From Microthyrium microscopicum (Eukaryota): a stretch of 64,000 bases of DNA. This document shows, one piece after another, positions 34,742 through 47,854 of this stretch (position 1 is its first letter; every line of letters starts with the position of its first letter). The stretch is from NCBI GenBank assembly GCA_010405405.1, contig MU004246.1, positions 372,001-436,000 on the forward strand, in the 5' to 3' direction. A program made the translations under genes and the position numbers. Under the pieces are notes generated by a model. It was not told the origin of the DNA, searched no databases, and was given only the letters and a program-made list of their open reading frames with translations.

Positions 34742-37700
34742 ATGGAAACTAGAAGCCAAAATGAGCCAGCTCCACCAGGAATTTTAATGCGTGCAGTATC
34801 TCCTGTAGATGTGGCAGTTCGAAATGTCTCGGTTACTGCAGGTACAAGTTCACGTGGGCCCAGTATCTTCCAAACCATTCGCTCCAGAAAAGTACTACAG
34901 GAGGACGAGGAATCCGGCACAACATCAAGGCCACTCTTAAACAATGTGTCTGCCTACATGCCTCAAGGCAGTCTCACTGCAATCATTGGCGCCAGTGGAA
35001 GTGGAAAGACGACCTTGTAAGGTTAGTCAAGTGCAACGTGCGGGTATATCACTCACATCCGACAGGCTCAACGTGTTGGCTCAGCGGCTCGACGAGAGCA
35101 CCATGGAAATATCCGGCTCCACAACTTTCAATGGAGTATCCCAGCTTAGTTCTCAGTACGCCTACGTTATGCAGGATGACTGCTTGATCCCATCTCTGAC
35201 AGTTCGTGAGACTCTTCAATATAGCGGCGAACTTCGCCTTGATGATGTCTTAAGCGCGAAGGAGAGGAGCTTGATCGTCGAGCAGACGATATCAGAACTC
35301 TCCTTGAAGGAATGTGCATCTACGCGTGTTGGAACATCCTCTGCAAAAGGATGCAGCGGAGGTGAAAAACGACGGACCAGTATTGGCATTCAGGTATTCA
35401 ACCCCAAGTTACCCAATGATGTTGAGACTAAGCTGAAAGAAACAGCTACTACAAAATCCATCTGTTCTCTTTGCCGACGAGGTTACAAGCGGTCTGGACG
35501 CAACAAGCGCACATCAAGTTGTTCAGACGCTGAAAGATTTTGCGAAACGAGGTCGAACAATCGTCATGACAATCCATCAACCACGATCGGAGATCTGGGA
35601 TCTCTTCGACCGCGTCGTCGTCCTAGCTCACGGGTCTTGCGTGTACAGTGGCGAGGCTGAGCGCTGTCTACCTTACTTCAAGAGTATAGGATTTGAAGCT
35701 CCTCCATTTGTGAACCCTGCAGAGTTCTTGATTGATCTTGCTGCCATTGATAATCGTACACCGGAAAAGGAAAGAATTGATCTCATCAGATTCGATCGAC
35801 TAAGAACAAGCTGGGCCAAACACAACGATGAGGTTACAGATGCGAGGACAACGAGCGCCAATCTTTCTGTTGCCACGCGCTCTTCAAAAGTGTCAACTTG
35901 GAGGCAGTTCAGGATCATGACCAGGCGAAGCATGCTGGTTTCTTTCAGAGACCCCAAAGGCCTTCTTGGTACTATCGCGGAAGCAGTCGCGGTCGCATTC
36001 ATTCTCGGATGGGCTTTCTATAAACTTGACGATAATCTTCAAGGCATTCGATCTCGGCAAGGGGCGTTCTTCACCGCTGCTGCAGTCCAAGGCTACCTCA
36101 TGCTGGTGTATGAAATCCATCGTTGCACCGAAGACCTGCCAATTTTTGATCGGGAACACAGTGAGGGAGTTGTTCATGTGCTTCCTTATTTATTGTCGCG
36201 TCGAGCAGCTAAAGCTATCGAGGACATCCTGGTCAGTTTGAATATTGCAAGCTCGAGGTTATGAACTCACTTTGATAGATGTCCTTCCTCTACAGCGTAA
36301 TCTTCTACTTTATGGTAGGATTGAGGCCAGGCACGGAACACTTCTTTATCTTCTTTGCTACTGTACTTCTGATCCAACTTACTGCTGTATCGGTGGCCAT
36401 GTTTTCGGTTTCCATATTCCGAGACTTTCCCAGCGCAGCCATGATTGGGTTCGCGGTCTTTGGTTACAGCAATTTTTCAGGAGGCTGCTTCATTCCCGCA
36501 AACAAAATCCCGCCTTATGTAGGCTGGGTAAAGTGGATATCCTACATTGTATGATAGAACAACCCAAAGTGCGGTCCGAAAGTCTAACTCTTGCTAGTTC
36601 TACGCATATGGAGCTCTGATGAACAACGAATTCAGTGGGCGGATATTTTCATGCGACAAACCGGAAGGGGTCACCAGCTTCCACTGTGAACAGTTCTCTG
36701 GAGCATACCAACTCCGCGTTTCTGGTGTGTCGCTAAGTATATCACAAGGACTGGTAGCTCTTGCTGGATTGGTTGGAGGTTTCAATGTAGCCATCGGGCT
36801 TGTGTTGTACTTCTTCCCTGTCAAGATTCGGATGTCGAAAAAGCCTCAAGTCGATTTCAAACCAACAATCCATGTCGAGAGGGAGGGTCAGTCGTGGTCG
36901 GAAAAGCGACAAGAGGCGGTTATTTCTTTGATGCAGTACTCTCTCGATGTGCAGAAACGCAGGCCGTGGGGTGCTATACACAACCAAATTTCCATCCTTA
37001 AGCCTCTTTCAACCACTTTCCAACCGGGTAAACTGAATATCATCATGTATGTGCTTCGGTTCTGAGTGGAAGACTTGGGCTAAACGAATTTAGGGGACCA
37101 TCTGGCTCTGGGAAAACCTCACTGCTTTCAAGTTTAGCAGATCGATTAAGAAACTCTATGTTGACCAGCTACAAGACGCAGGGAGAGATCATGGTGAACG
37201 GCCACGTCGCAACGAACAGCCGATTAGGATCGATGATATCTCTAGTGACCCAGGACGATGACGGGCTGCTTCCTTCTCTGACTGTGCGAGAAACTCTCCG
37301 ATTTGCTGCTGCCCTGAGACTTCATGACTTGTCAGTTGACGCAAAGCATCAAAAGGCGGAAGAAATACTTCTCAGAATGGGGCTGAAAGACTGCGCAAAT
37401 ACTCTGATCGGAAACAACATGATCAAAGGTGTCTCAGGAGGAGAGAAGAGGCGCGTTACCATTGCTATCCAGCTTTTGACAGACCCGAAGGTACTTCTCT
37501 TGGACGAGCCCACAAGCGGCCTGGATGGTTACACAGCGCAAAACATTATCGAACTACTCACTGAGCTGGCAGCTGAGGGACGTACAGTCGTCCTAACGAT
37601 TCATCAAAACAGGTCGGATCTCTTCGCTACCAACGTCTTGCTTCTAGCTCGCGGCGGACAAGTGGGCTATTGCGGCCCAGGAAAAGATATGTTACCTCAT

Positions 37701-38768
37701 TTTCGAGATGCCGGATACGAATGCTCGGAGCAAACTAACCCAGGGGATTTTGTTCTTGATTTGATCACTGTCGACCTGCGAGATGATCGTCGAGAGGTCG
37801 AATCAAAGAAGAGAGTGGAAAGACTCTTGTCGATCTGGTCAGCCAAAGAGAAAGAGCATTCAGACAAGAAGTCAGCATCCGCGGAGGTATGGTCGATTTC
37901 AGACGATGCCAAAGTATTTGTGAAGTCACCAGCTTCTTTCACTATTGCCTTTCCAATCCTCTTCCACCGCTCAGCCCTAAATTTATGGCGAGAGAAAAAC
38001 GCAATGATCGCACGAATTATGAATGTCGTTCCTTATGGCCTCCTGATTGCATTGTTCTTTGCGCCATTACACACCGACTACCAGGCCATATTGACTCGAC
38101 TGGGCCTGATCCAACTCGTCTGCTTCATGTACTTCATGGGCACTCTCAACAACGCGGCACATTTTCCGATAGAGAAGCCTGTAATGAATCAAGAGGTTGA
38201 AGAAAGAGCATACACTGTCGTGCCTTTCTTCGTCTCGTTTTCATTACTAGAACTGCCGTTCACTTTGGTCGCATCGTGTCTTGCAGCAGTGGTTGCAGCC
38301 TTCCCAATCGGTGTTCGAAGCGCAGAGGTCTATTTTGCAATGTTCTTTAACATCTTCGCTATGCTCTCATGTGGAGAAAGTCTGGCACTAGCATTAAATT
38401 CAGTACTCTCGGATAGTGGGCTTACGCTCAGCGTTACCAACGTGCTAATATGCATAGCGCAGACAATGGCTGGAGTATTGAGCATCAATATGCCCAAATT
38501 TCTGAGGGATATCAATCGTATCAGTCCGATTACCTATGTTGCTGGCAATCTGGCCCCTTACTTCTTTCGCGGAGTGGTATTTGATTGCTCTCCAGAGAAG
38601 AAGCTGCCGGGAGAGAGCTGTATCCAGACAAAAGGTGATGATATTTTACAGTTGTACGGACTGGATCACAATCCACGGGTTCAATTGGCGATTCTGGCAG
38701 GTGTAATGCTAGGTTATCGTCTTTTCGCCTTCGTCGTTCTATATCTGCGAAAACGAACTTGGAAATAG
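34742..38768 (+). CDS. Full-size ABCG transporter (NBD-TMD)x2
   Basis: Walker A GASGSGKT and GPSGSGKT; signatures CSGGEKRR and VSGGEKRR; Walker B FADEVTSGLD and LLDEPTSGLD; two TM bundles. About five introns (e.g. 35017-35065, 35394-35445). Confidence 0.93.
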
Positions 38769-39754
38769 CGGGAAACGGTTGAGGCAAATTCACTCTTACT
38801 GTCTTTCTGTTTCTGTCTCGCATAAACAACGAAGTACTTAGGTTCATGTTTGGAAAAGAAAGAGCCTGATGCGGATGTGAAGAGCCTTTTACCTCCCTAA
38901 CCAAGACCATCGGGGGTATTACCTATCTCGATTAGCGTCGTTGGCTCTCGGCTCCCTTGAGCAGCAGATGGTGGACATCAGACATCATTGATGTGAACAC
39001 GATCGTCTTCATGTCTAGGTACTTGTTAGAAATTTGAATCATTAACTGCCAGCGAAAGGATTGCAATCGCTGATTCAGCCTGGTCACTAGGAAGAACTCT
39101 TGGAAGATCTTGAACAGCCCCCAAAAGCGGCTTGGGACTTGGGTAACTCAGCCGGGGTGGCGGTGCACAAGGAGCTCGGCAAAAGCATCTACGAAGTGAT
39201 TAGCAAAGACTTCGCGATCTTGGCGTGTTCAATGCAGCAGTATTTAAGTGTAATTCAGGACATTTACTCGTTCGTGTTCAGAAACTCAGGTACATGACGG
39301 AGAAACCAGCTCGGCCACTGGCAGCTGCAGCTTGCGAGAGGTATTGAAGCCTTTATGGGCCCATGGAAATCTAGAGATCAGGGTTCAGAATGCATTTTCA
39401 GCCGCATTGTATCCACATTTGGCGCCTGCAGGGCGGTAAAGAAAGGGTCGTTGGGGTCCAGACCTAAACAATTCTAGCAAGCCACAAACTCTTGGTCGGT
39501 CGCTTCCAGCGGGAGCTAAGCCTTTGTGCGAATTTGGGTGTGATAAGGGGAGTGTACCCCCTCCGACATCGTGCCAGGTTGATAACTGTTGTACCTTCAT
39601 TTTGTTGTATTGAACAGCTGCGAAATACTCCAAAGTACAGATAATTCTCGAGTTCTGATTCCTGAAGCTTGAAGGATTGATCGACAGTGAGCTCCCAGCA
39701 GCGCGGTCCGTCGCGCCCCTAGCCCCTGAACCCTACTAGCTTTCAGGAATCAAC

Positions 39755-42669
39755 ATGTCCTATTCCAGACTTGGTGCGTTGCCATTCTCCATCTACGTAT
39801 CGGGGTATACTCCGTAGTCGCGTTTTCTGACAGATTCTCTAGGTGGTCAAGGAAATGACAATGAAGAAGAATATCCTAGTAATCGTTATGGACGGGGCTC
39901 ACGGTCTCCTCAGCAAACGGCCATGCCAATGCCTGGAGACTTTGCTGGAGATCGAATGTCCTATGTAGACTCTAGAGATCGATTGGCGGCGCAGCCTTCA
40001 GTGAGTTGTTCAAACAGTAGTGGAACTCCAAAGCTAACGCGTGCAGTACTCGATAGAGAATCTTGCATATTCTTACGGGCAGGCAGAAGCCTATGAGCAC
40101 GCGTCCCATAACGAACCATACGTCCAGCAATCGTACGAACCTCATCCGGCAGAAGGCCCCGAGCCTACTTACTACGATGACGATACTAGGCCAATGCTTG
40201 GTCGAGAACATAGCCATGCCAGTGCTTCAATACATGAGCCTGAGAAGCCATCTGGTGGTTGGAGCACAATCAAGGAAGTGCCAGCCTTCCAAGGCAATTT
40301 GGTTCTGGACTGTCCGGTACCACAGAAATTGTTCAACGAATTATCTCCAGAGCAACAAGAGTTACGGGAAATGACTCGAATGAGATACTCGGCTGCAACG
40401 TGCGATCCAACAAAGTTTACCGAGGATCGTTTCACATTGCGCCAGAATCTATATCCAAAGCCCAGAGAGGTCGAGCTGTTCATTGTTGTTACCATGTACA
40501 ACGAAGGTGATGACCTGTTGGCAAGAACCTTGATGGGAGTGTTCCAGAACATCAATTACATGGAGAACCTAAACAAGGGGAACATGTGGGGCAAAGGCTC
40601 ATGGAGGAAGATCGTAGTATGCATTGTCAGCGACGGTGTTGAAAAGATCAACCCTCGAGCGCGCGCTCTCCTGGCTGGTCTGGGCGTGTATCAGGAAGGT
40701 ATTGCAAAGGACAAGATCAATGGAAAACCGACTGTTGCCCATGTTTACGAGGTTGGTTCCTGCCGCTGAGCTCAGAGCTTGACTAACCTTGGTAGTACAC
40801 CACACTCAAAGATCTATCCATGAAGGGGAATGTAGTTTCCATAAGAAAAGGAAACACGCCAGTGCAACTGCTTTTCTGCTTGAAGCAGGAAAATAAGCAG
40901 AAAATCAACTCCCATCGTTGGTTCTTTCAAGCATTTGGCCAATGTCTCCAACCAAAAATCTGCGTCTTACTCGACGCCGGAACCATGCCTGGAAAGCACT
41001 CTATATATCTGCTGTGGAATGCATTCGACAAGAACCCGAACTGTGCAGGCGCCTGTGGCGAGATCAAAGCCATGCTGGGCAAAGCTGGTATAAATGCTCT
41101 CAAGAACCCGCTTGTCGCGACCCAGAATTTTGAGTATAAAATGAGCAACATCCTCGACAAACCTTTGGAATCAGCATTCGGCTTCATCTCAGTTCTTCCC
41201 GGTGCATTCTCTGCTTACAGATTTGAAGCGCTCGAAGGCGAACCAATGAAGAAGTATTTTGCTGGAGAGTCCATGCACGAGGATGCCAGCTTTTTCACTG
41301 CCAACATGTATTTGGCCGAAGATCGCATTCTTTGCTATGAGCTCGTGGCAAAGAAAGGCTGCAAATGGGTGCTTCAATTTGTGAAGAACTCTACAGGAGA
41401 AACAGATGTGCCCACTGAAGTTGCGGATTTCATTTCTCAGCGTCGTCGCTGGCTGAATGGTAGTTTCTTTGCTGCTGTGTATACCGTGGCTCACTTCTGG
41501 AAGATTTGGTCATCTGGTCATAGTTTCGTTCGAAAGATCATGCTCATGATTGAGGTTTTCTACCAGATAATAAGCATGACATTTGCTTGGTTTGCATTGG
41601 TAACTACTACATCCATATTCCTCCCTCTATGAACCTATCGCTAACCAAATACAGGCCAATTTCTTCCTAGTGTTTCGAATCTTGATCAGCTCGCTAGCCG
41701 ATCCACTGCTTCTGGGCAAGGCTGGCCTAATTCTTTCGGTGATCTTCGAATGGTCATACGTTGTGTGCCTTATAGCCTGTTTTGTTCTCGCTCTTGGCAA
41801 TACTCCCAAAGGCACGCAAAAAGTCTACCTAGCGATGGTTTACTACTGGGCGATTGTTATGGTGTACGCTTGAAATCTTCGTCCTGATTTGGTAGTATAC
41901 TAACTTACGCTGATAGATATCTTATGTTCGCCTCTATTTTCATAACGGTAAAAGCCGTTCAGGCCGAACTGAAAAATGGATTCCACTGGCAAGAGCTGTT
42001 CCAGAACAAGACTTTTTCGACCCTGATTTTATCCATGGCGTCAACATACGTCCTCTGGTTCGTGGTATCCTTCCTTTTCTTCGACCCATGGCACATGTTC
42101 ACGTCATTCATTCAATACTTGCTTCTCACTCCAAGCTACATAAACATCCTCAATGTTTATGCACTTTGCAACACCCACGATCTGAGCTGGGGAACGAAAG
42201 GTGCCGGTGCTGGAGGTGGGGGCAAGGAAGCCGAAAAGGGAGAAGACGGCAAATTCATCATGGAAGTTCCTCATCCTGATATCCAATATGACAAGGAACT
42301 TAAAGTGCTTGAGGTAGAAGCGCCTGAAGAAAAATCCGTAGTCAAGCCGGAGGATAAGAAAAAGTACTACTACGCCAGTATACGCTCTGGAATTGTCATG
42401 GGATGGGTCTTCAGTAACTTGGCGCTTGTCACCCTCGTCTTGGAGGTTGGCAGTATTGGAATTATCAACAAAAACGCGTTGACGGTGGAGCAAGCCCAGA
42501 TCAAGAATTCTGGCATATACCTCTTTATTGTATTGTGGAGCGTGGCAGCACTCAGTGCTTTCAGATTCTTAGGCGCTATGTGGTTTTTGATACACAGAAA
42601 GGTAAGATATCATCTCCACTGACATTAGAGTTTGAAGATACTAACAACTCGTAGCTCGCAGGTGTTTGA
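39755..42669 (+). CDS. Chitin synthase (GT2), class I type
   Basis: MSYSRL start, RLAAQPSYSIENL, TMYNE, KKINSH-like [58 protein letters not shown]; final mini-exon LAGV*. Multiple introns. Confidence 0.95.
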
Positions 42670-43139
42670 TCGCAAACGACTCTTGCTTCAGTCCGCCTCA
42701 AAAGGATGTGAGCATGTTTACAAGCATACGCTTCCAATGGGTGTGCTAAACATCTTCGAAGTAGACGAGATGTCCCTATTGGCGCAACCAACATATCCAA
42801 AATCTAATGATTATTGATCTAGATCCCTGAAAACTTGGTGACATGAGTTGTGACATCTATTGACTTCTTCACAACCGCTCTGCATAGTACTGAGCAAACT
42901 ATGGGCATCGTCAGTTTGATGGGCGCCTCCAATCTGCTATATTGGAAGGATCCAAACCACGCATGACTTTTAATCTATTTCTTCTTTTAGCCACCTTACG
43001 TTGAGTTGAATGCCCATAGATTAATCCAATTAGCCGCACATTCGCTACAGGCTCTACTTCATGTTATTACATCAATGCGCCATCGATTATAGTTACTACA
43101 TTCTGCCAATACTGCCATGTGTTATACTCTCCAGATGAA

Positions 43140-45126
43140 ATGTGGAGAATATCATCATCAAGGTACGACTTCTCTCTCAGTCTACTACCACTACTAACGA
43201 TCAAGGGTTCTCGTTTCTTTTATGAAAAGTCTGGTGATCAATTTTTCATGAAAGGGTTACAATATCAAGATTTCAGCAACGACCTTAACAACACCAAGGC
43301 TATAATCGACCCGCTCGAAGATGGTGCAAGATGTGCGAGAGACATTCCATATTTCAAGAAATTAGGCATAAACACTCTCTACGTTCTCCACATTCGACCA
43401 CAGTCTTCTCATACCGATTGTATGTACAAACTGCGAGATGCCGGAATCTACGTATTGCTCAATCTTGGGAACAAAGCTGGAACAGAGAGCCGTACTTTTA
43501 GATGGGAATACCCGCTCGCAGACAGGTTCAAGACGATTGTCTCTGAATTTGCCACTTTTTCTAATGTCCTTGGCTTTCGAATAGTTGGATCCATACCCAA
43601 ATTCATCCCACTTACAAGAGCAGCAGTGCGAGACTTGAAAGATCATCTCAGGATAACAAAGCAGCGAGACGTACCCTTCGGATTTGATTCTTTCGAGGAA
43701 TTCCCAAGTGATCATCAGATCTATGAGCAACTCAGTTGTGGCGCACAGAATGCCGCGGTAGATTTCCTGTTTTGCTCTCCGAACTTTGAGGGCTGCTTGA
43801 ATGTATCCAGCCTTGAAGATGCAGTGAACCGAGTAGCATCTATTCAATCCCCGCTGCCAGTGGTCCTGGCTGGTACGGCATGCGACGAAGGGCCCGAGGC
43901 TGACAAAAAGCTGCTTATTTCGGCTTACAGTGGGAAGCAATTGGCAATTCACTCTGGCATTTCGCTTTTCAGCTATTTCGATAACGATTTTGCCCTCAAT
44001 AAAACTCGTTCCGGTAATATAGAATGTTGATCTGACGCAACTTCAACTGACTGAAGTCTTAGGATTGGTCGAGATCAAAAGCGGGCTGGTAATAAGTCGG
44101 CCTATATTCTCTGTCATTGCCAACGAATACGCCGAGCTTCAACCCTCTTCTATTCAAATATCAGATTACACCACTAGTACCATTATTCAACCTTCATGTA
44201 GTTCCATTCTCACTGTAGCCGATGTGTCCAAAGGAGATAATCCAGTGACAGCCACCACAACTCTACGCATAGCATCACAACTTCCGCCAACTCCGAACGG
44301 GAATCTTTGCAATTGTATGATGCAAAACATTGAGTGCGTCCAGAAGGAGAATGTAACACTAGAAGCGGATCCCGTCAACACGCCAAACTTCCTTATAACA
44401 GGCCTAGAACCAGAGGATGCAGCGCTCTATGGCAAAGTATGCAAGAATTCTACGTCGGACTCCAAGTGTGTTGGGTCAACTAGCGACACTTCAATCGGTC
44501 GATATGGAGCGTATAGTGTTTGCAACAAGGATCAAAGGATATCGTGGGTGCTAAATCAACACTACCTATCACAAAACAAGAACCGGTCAGATTGTTTATC
44601 ATTAGGAGGTAAGATACAGGATGTTCAAAAACAAACATCCAAGCAATGTCAAGGACTTTTACAACAAGCGGGAGCAAATGGCACTGGAACAGTACTTGAC
44701 GCCGCAGACGAAGTACTATCCACCGACATCTCAACCTCAAGGGGACTGAGTACTGCAGCCAAGGCAGGCATTAGTGTCGCAGCGATAATCATGGTCTTTA
44801 TCAGCATATCAGCATTTTTGCTTCTTCGAAAACGCAGGAAAAGATCATCAAATGCCAATACAGGAGAGCCGGAGACGTTCGAGAAAGCAGAATTGCCTCC
44901 GTATAACTTCGCAGCGTTAGAGAAGAAAAGTGTCCTTGAGCTTGATGGATCACTCATACATGAATCAGGGACTGATGACCTGGTTGAGGCTAGGGATGGA
45001 GAAATATTGGAGGCAAATAACGGAGAAATACTGGAAGCTAGTCATGGAGAGATAATGGAGCTACCAACGATTCACAATGGACCGTTTGAGCTCGAGAGCA
45101 CCGAGCCGCGCCTGAAAAAGGCTTGA
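43140..45126 (+). CDS. GH72 (Gas/Gel)-like + X8/CBM43 + TM + cytoplasmic tail; catalytic Glu residues absent; 5' end ambiguous
   Basis: KGSRFF, FFMKGLQYQ, DPL....CARDIPYFKKLGINT, GIYVLL; intron 44014-44062. X8 segment CNCMM...YGAYSVC...SWVLNQHY; TM segment AKAGISVAAIIMVFISISAFLLL followed by RKRRKR. Confidence 0.8.
44986..45057 (+). repeat. 24-bp coding tandem repeat x3 (EAxxGEI[L/M])
   Basis: gaggctagggatggagaaatattg / gaggcaaataacggagaaatactg / gaagctagtcatggagagataatg. Confidence 0.85.
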
Positions 45127-45375
45127 TTTCATAACGAGCAGATGAGCAAAATGCATTATCTTCTGCCATCAGCAGCGATGGCCACCATCGCCTCTTATGA
45201 AAAGAATTCCCAAATTGATAATCTTGTGGATACATTCAACACACAAGTTAGACAGAAAAGAGGGATGTTGCTGCACTCATGAACCTTAAAGCGCTTCATT
45301 ATCTACAATGATACCCCGAGCCTTCTAGCCTACTTTCAAGACTCCTTACCGCGAGCTATCAATCATCCAGCCACC

Positions 45376-45819
45376 TCAGTTTCTCATAGCCCGTCTCTCA
45401 TTATCTATTTGTTGCTGAGCCTCTCTAGCGAACGCTAACAATGCTACAAACAGCGCCGCAATGGCTTCCGGTACGTTGAATATGGAGATGCCTCGAACGC
45501 GAATCATGATGTATAGAAGTCGCACCATGATCCACAGCATGCGCAAGCCGCAGTAAATGACGGTAGCGAAGAGAAACACAACGAAGATATTATGTGCAAG
45601 TCGTAGTAGATATTGGCCCAAGGTCTCTTCGTAGCCAAAGTAGAGATCGCGAAGACCAATTTCAGGATAGGCTTCGGGTTCATTGTTTGTCAATCTGTTG
45701 AAATCGGGTTGGCCAAGAGTAGGATTTTCGGGTTTGAATTTGAACTCGTAGGGCGTGTCGCTGATGGGGGATCCAAATTTCGCGTCAAGACTTGATGTTG
45801 GTGATGGATGTGGTCTCAT
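45376..45819 (-). CDS. Hypothetical membrane protein
   Basis: 147-aa ATG ORF with two hydrophobic segments; no family recognised. Confidence 0.55.
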   Translation of the reverse strand: MRPHPSPTSSLDAKFGSPISDTPYEFKFKPENPTLGQPDFNRLTNNEPEAYPEIGLRDLYFGYEETLGQYLLRLAHNIFVVFLFATVIYCGLRMLWIMVRLLYIMIRVRGISIFNVPEAIAALFVALLAFAREAQQQIDNERRAMRN

Positions 45820-47854
45820 GATGCCGTAGTTGAAGAGTTGTGTGGTATTCGTGATTTTTCTGAGATGTAGTGGATGCAGGTTTGAGGAGCTGTGTAGAGT
45901 CTTGGAGAGAATTGATGGTGGGAGGTATTGGTAAGTAGGCGCAATCTAACAGTGACAAACAGCTCGCGGGTAGTTACTGCCAGATACATTTTTGACATGT
46001 CACTTCCCTCTTGATGCTATTGAGGTGCATGCTACTATGCGCCAGGAGCTAGGGGTGGCAGGAGATAGGACCGGACATGGCAGGCTTCTTTCTATCTACG
46101 ACTTTAATTGCGATTGACTACGATATTTGTAATGGGTGAGAGTATTCATTACTCTTCATACTAGCAAGCACCCTCTTACCCATCTTTTTTTCTGACGTTC
46201 TCGCGTTTGATTGCTTTCGGGCCTGAATACGCGTGAAAGCAGCCAACAGCCCTTGTATGAGCTCGCTCGATCCACGATTCATCTTGTCGCCCTTGTCAGC
46301 AAATTAGGCTTCGAGGTTTTGACTGATAACTTCACAAGCATTCTCGATAGCACGCTTCGGGCAGTGGAGCATTCGGTTGGTCATCTAGCCACTGTAGACA
46401 CCATGGTGGGACACGATCACTACTAGAGCTATTAGGTAGAGCTACACATGGCAGGCTCAAACTGTTGCGGACGATGAAGGCAATCGCCGATCGGTAGGCT
46501 CTAGACACGATCGATACTATTTGAAGTAATCATCTTCATCGCTCGTAGCTCTGCGGTTCTGGCTGGGCAATCAATTCTTGGGTTCGAACCTATGTGAAGC
46601 GTTCTGCTGCTCTGGCAAGTCGACTTTTGTGCAGTCATTACCGCCGGTTTGGTTAAATTGACAACCGACTCAATTTTGGCGTTTTCGGCGAGTTCATCCA
46701 TAATCAGATTTCGCAGAACGCATACGATGGTAGCCAGCGCACTCGATATTTCCGCCGCAGACTTGAGACTTTAATTCTGGACTAGTGGAGTAGGCAGCAA
46801 TGAAAGGTGCTGTGGATCAAAAAGGAAGGAATAGGAGAAGGAGAGGAAATGTGATCTAGCTGGGGAGAAGAAGATTTGCCATCTTGGGGAAGTGCTATGG
46901 CACAGTTTGTGGCTCCCTTTCTAAACTATTACAGCGGCGTTTTTTCTCCTTCTTGAATTCGTACTGCCGTCCAGGTCAAGGCAGGATCGAGTTTTGCTGT
47001 CAAGGGGGGCGGCCCTACGAGTCGGCTTCGCTCCAAGAGTCTTTTTGGTAATCAGCATACTTCGCAGTTACACTCGGTCTGGACTTTCTTGAGAAGTTTT
47101 CAATTATTTTCTTTGAACAATGTCATGTTTCCAGAGCATTTGATACACTCTCCAACGACCCAACGAGAGTGATGGGAGCTAAAGCGATCCAAGAAAAAGC
47201 ATAGTTGTCGTAATCAAAAAACCTGATGGGAGCATGCAGCGTGTCGTAGTGGACGATAATGTTAAAGAGCTGGTTGGAGGAGCTCAGCAAAGCGGGATCC
47301 TACATGATTACATCGACGCTTGCTATGGTTCCTTTCAAAGGGAGATTGCCGACGTCTTCAAGAGCCTTCAAAACCATGCTTTCCGCAATATCTTGGAATA
47401 AGTCGCGTAAGAGGTAGTTGGAAGACTGGAGAGGTTGGGAAATGAAGTTAAGAAGATAGCAGACCAGTACCAGTTGGGCTTAGCGTCGGCAGGCCACAAT
47501 CGGAGCTCATCACAGATGCCTCAAACTCCGCCAAAGACTTCGAGCTCTACTTCCTCTCCAGCTCCATTTCTCTCCCCAGTCAAGAGAAGCTTGTTTATGC
47601 TAGGTTTGAGACCACGACCTCAACTTAGAGCTCGACCCTCACTTCTTGACCTTCTTGATCACCACCGCGAAGCCCGCTCACGCCCATCCACCCCCACACC
47701 AACACCACTCCCCGCTATCACTACATCTTTGATAAAGCTTGTCGAGGAAGCTTCCAAAGTTCCTTTACCCGAGATCCCGGCTCAAGATAGTTACTTTGGA
47801 ATTCAGAAAGCTTCTGGTCCTTCAGAAAGTCGACATATACCTCAAAAACACAAC

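Noticed and set aside
46539..46602. tRNA-like boxes (tagctctgcggtt ... ggttcgaacc)
   Set aside because: Spacing is too short for an anticodon arm and the stems pair poorly; at most a relic. tRNAscan-SE would be needed.
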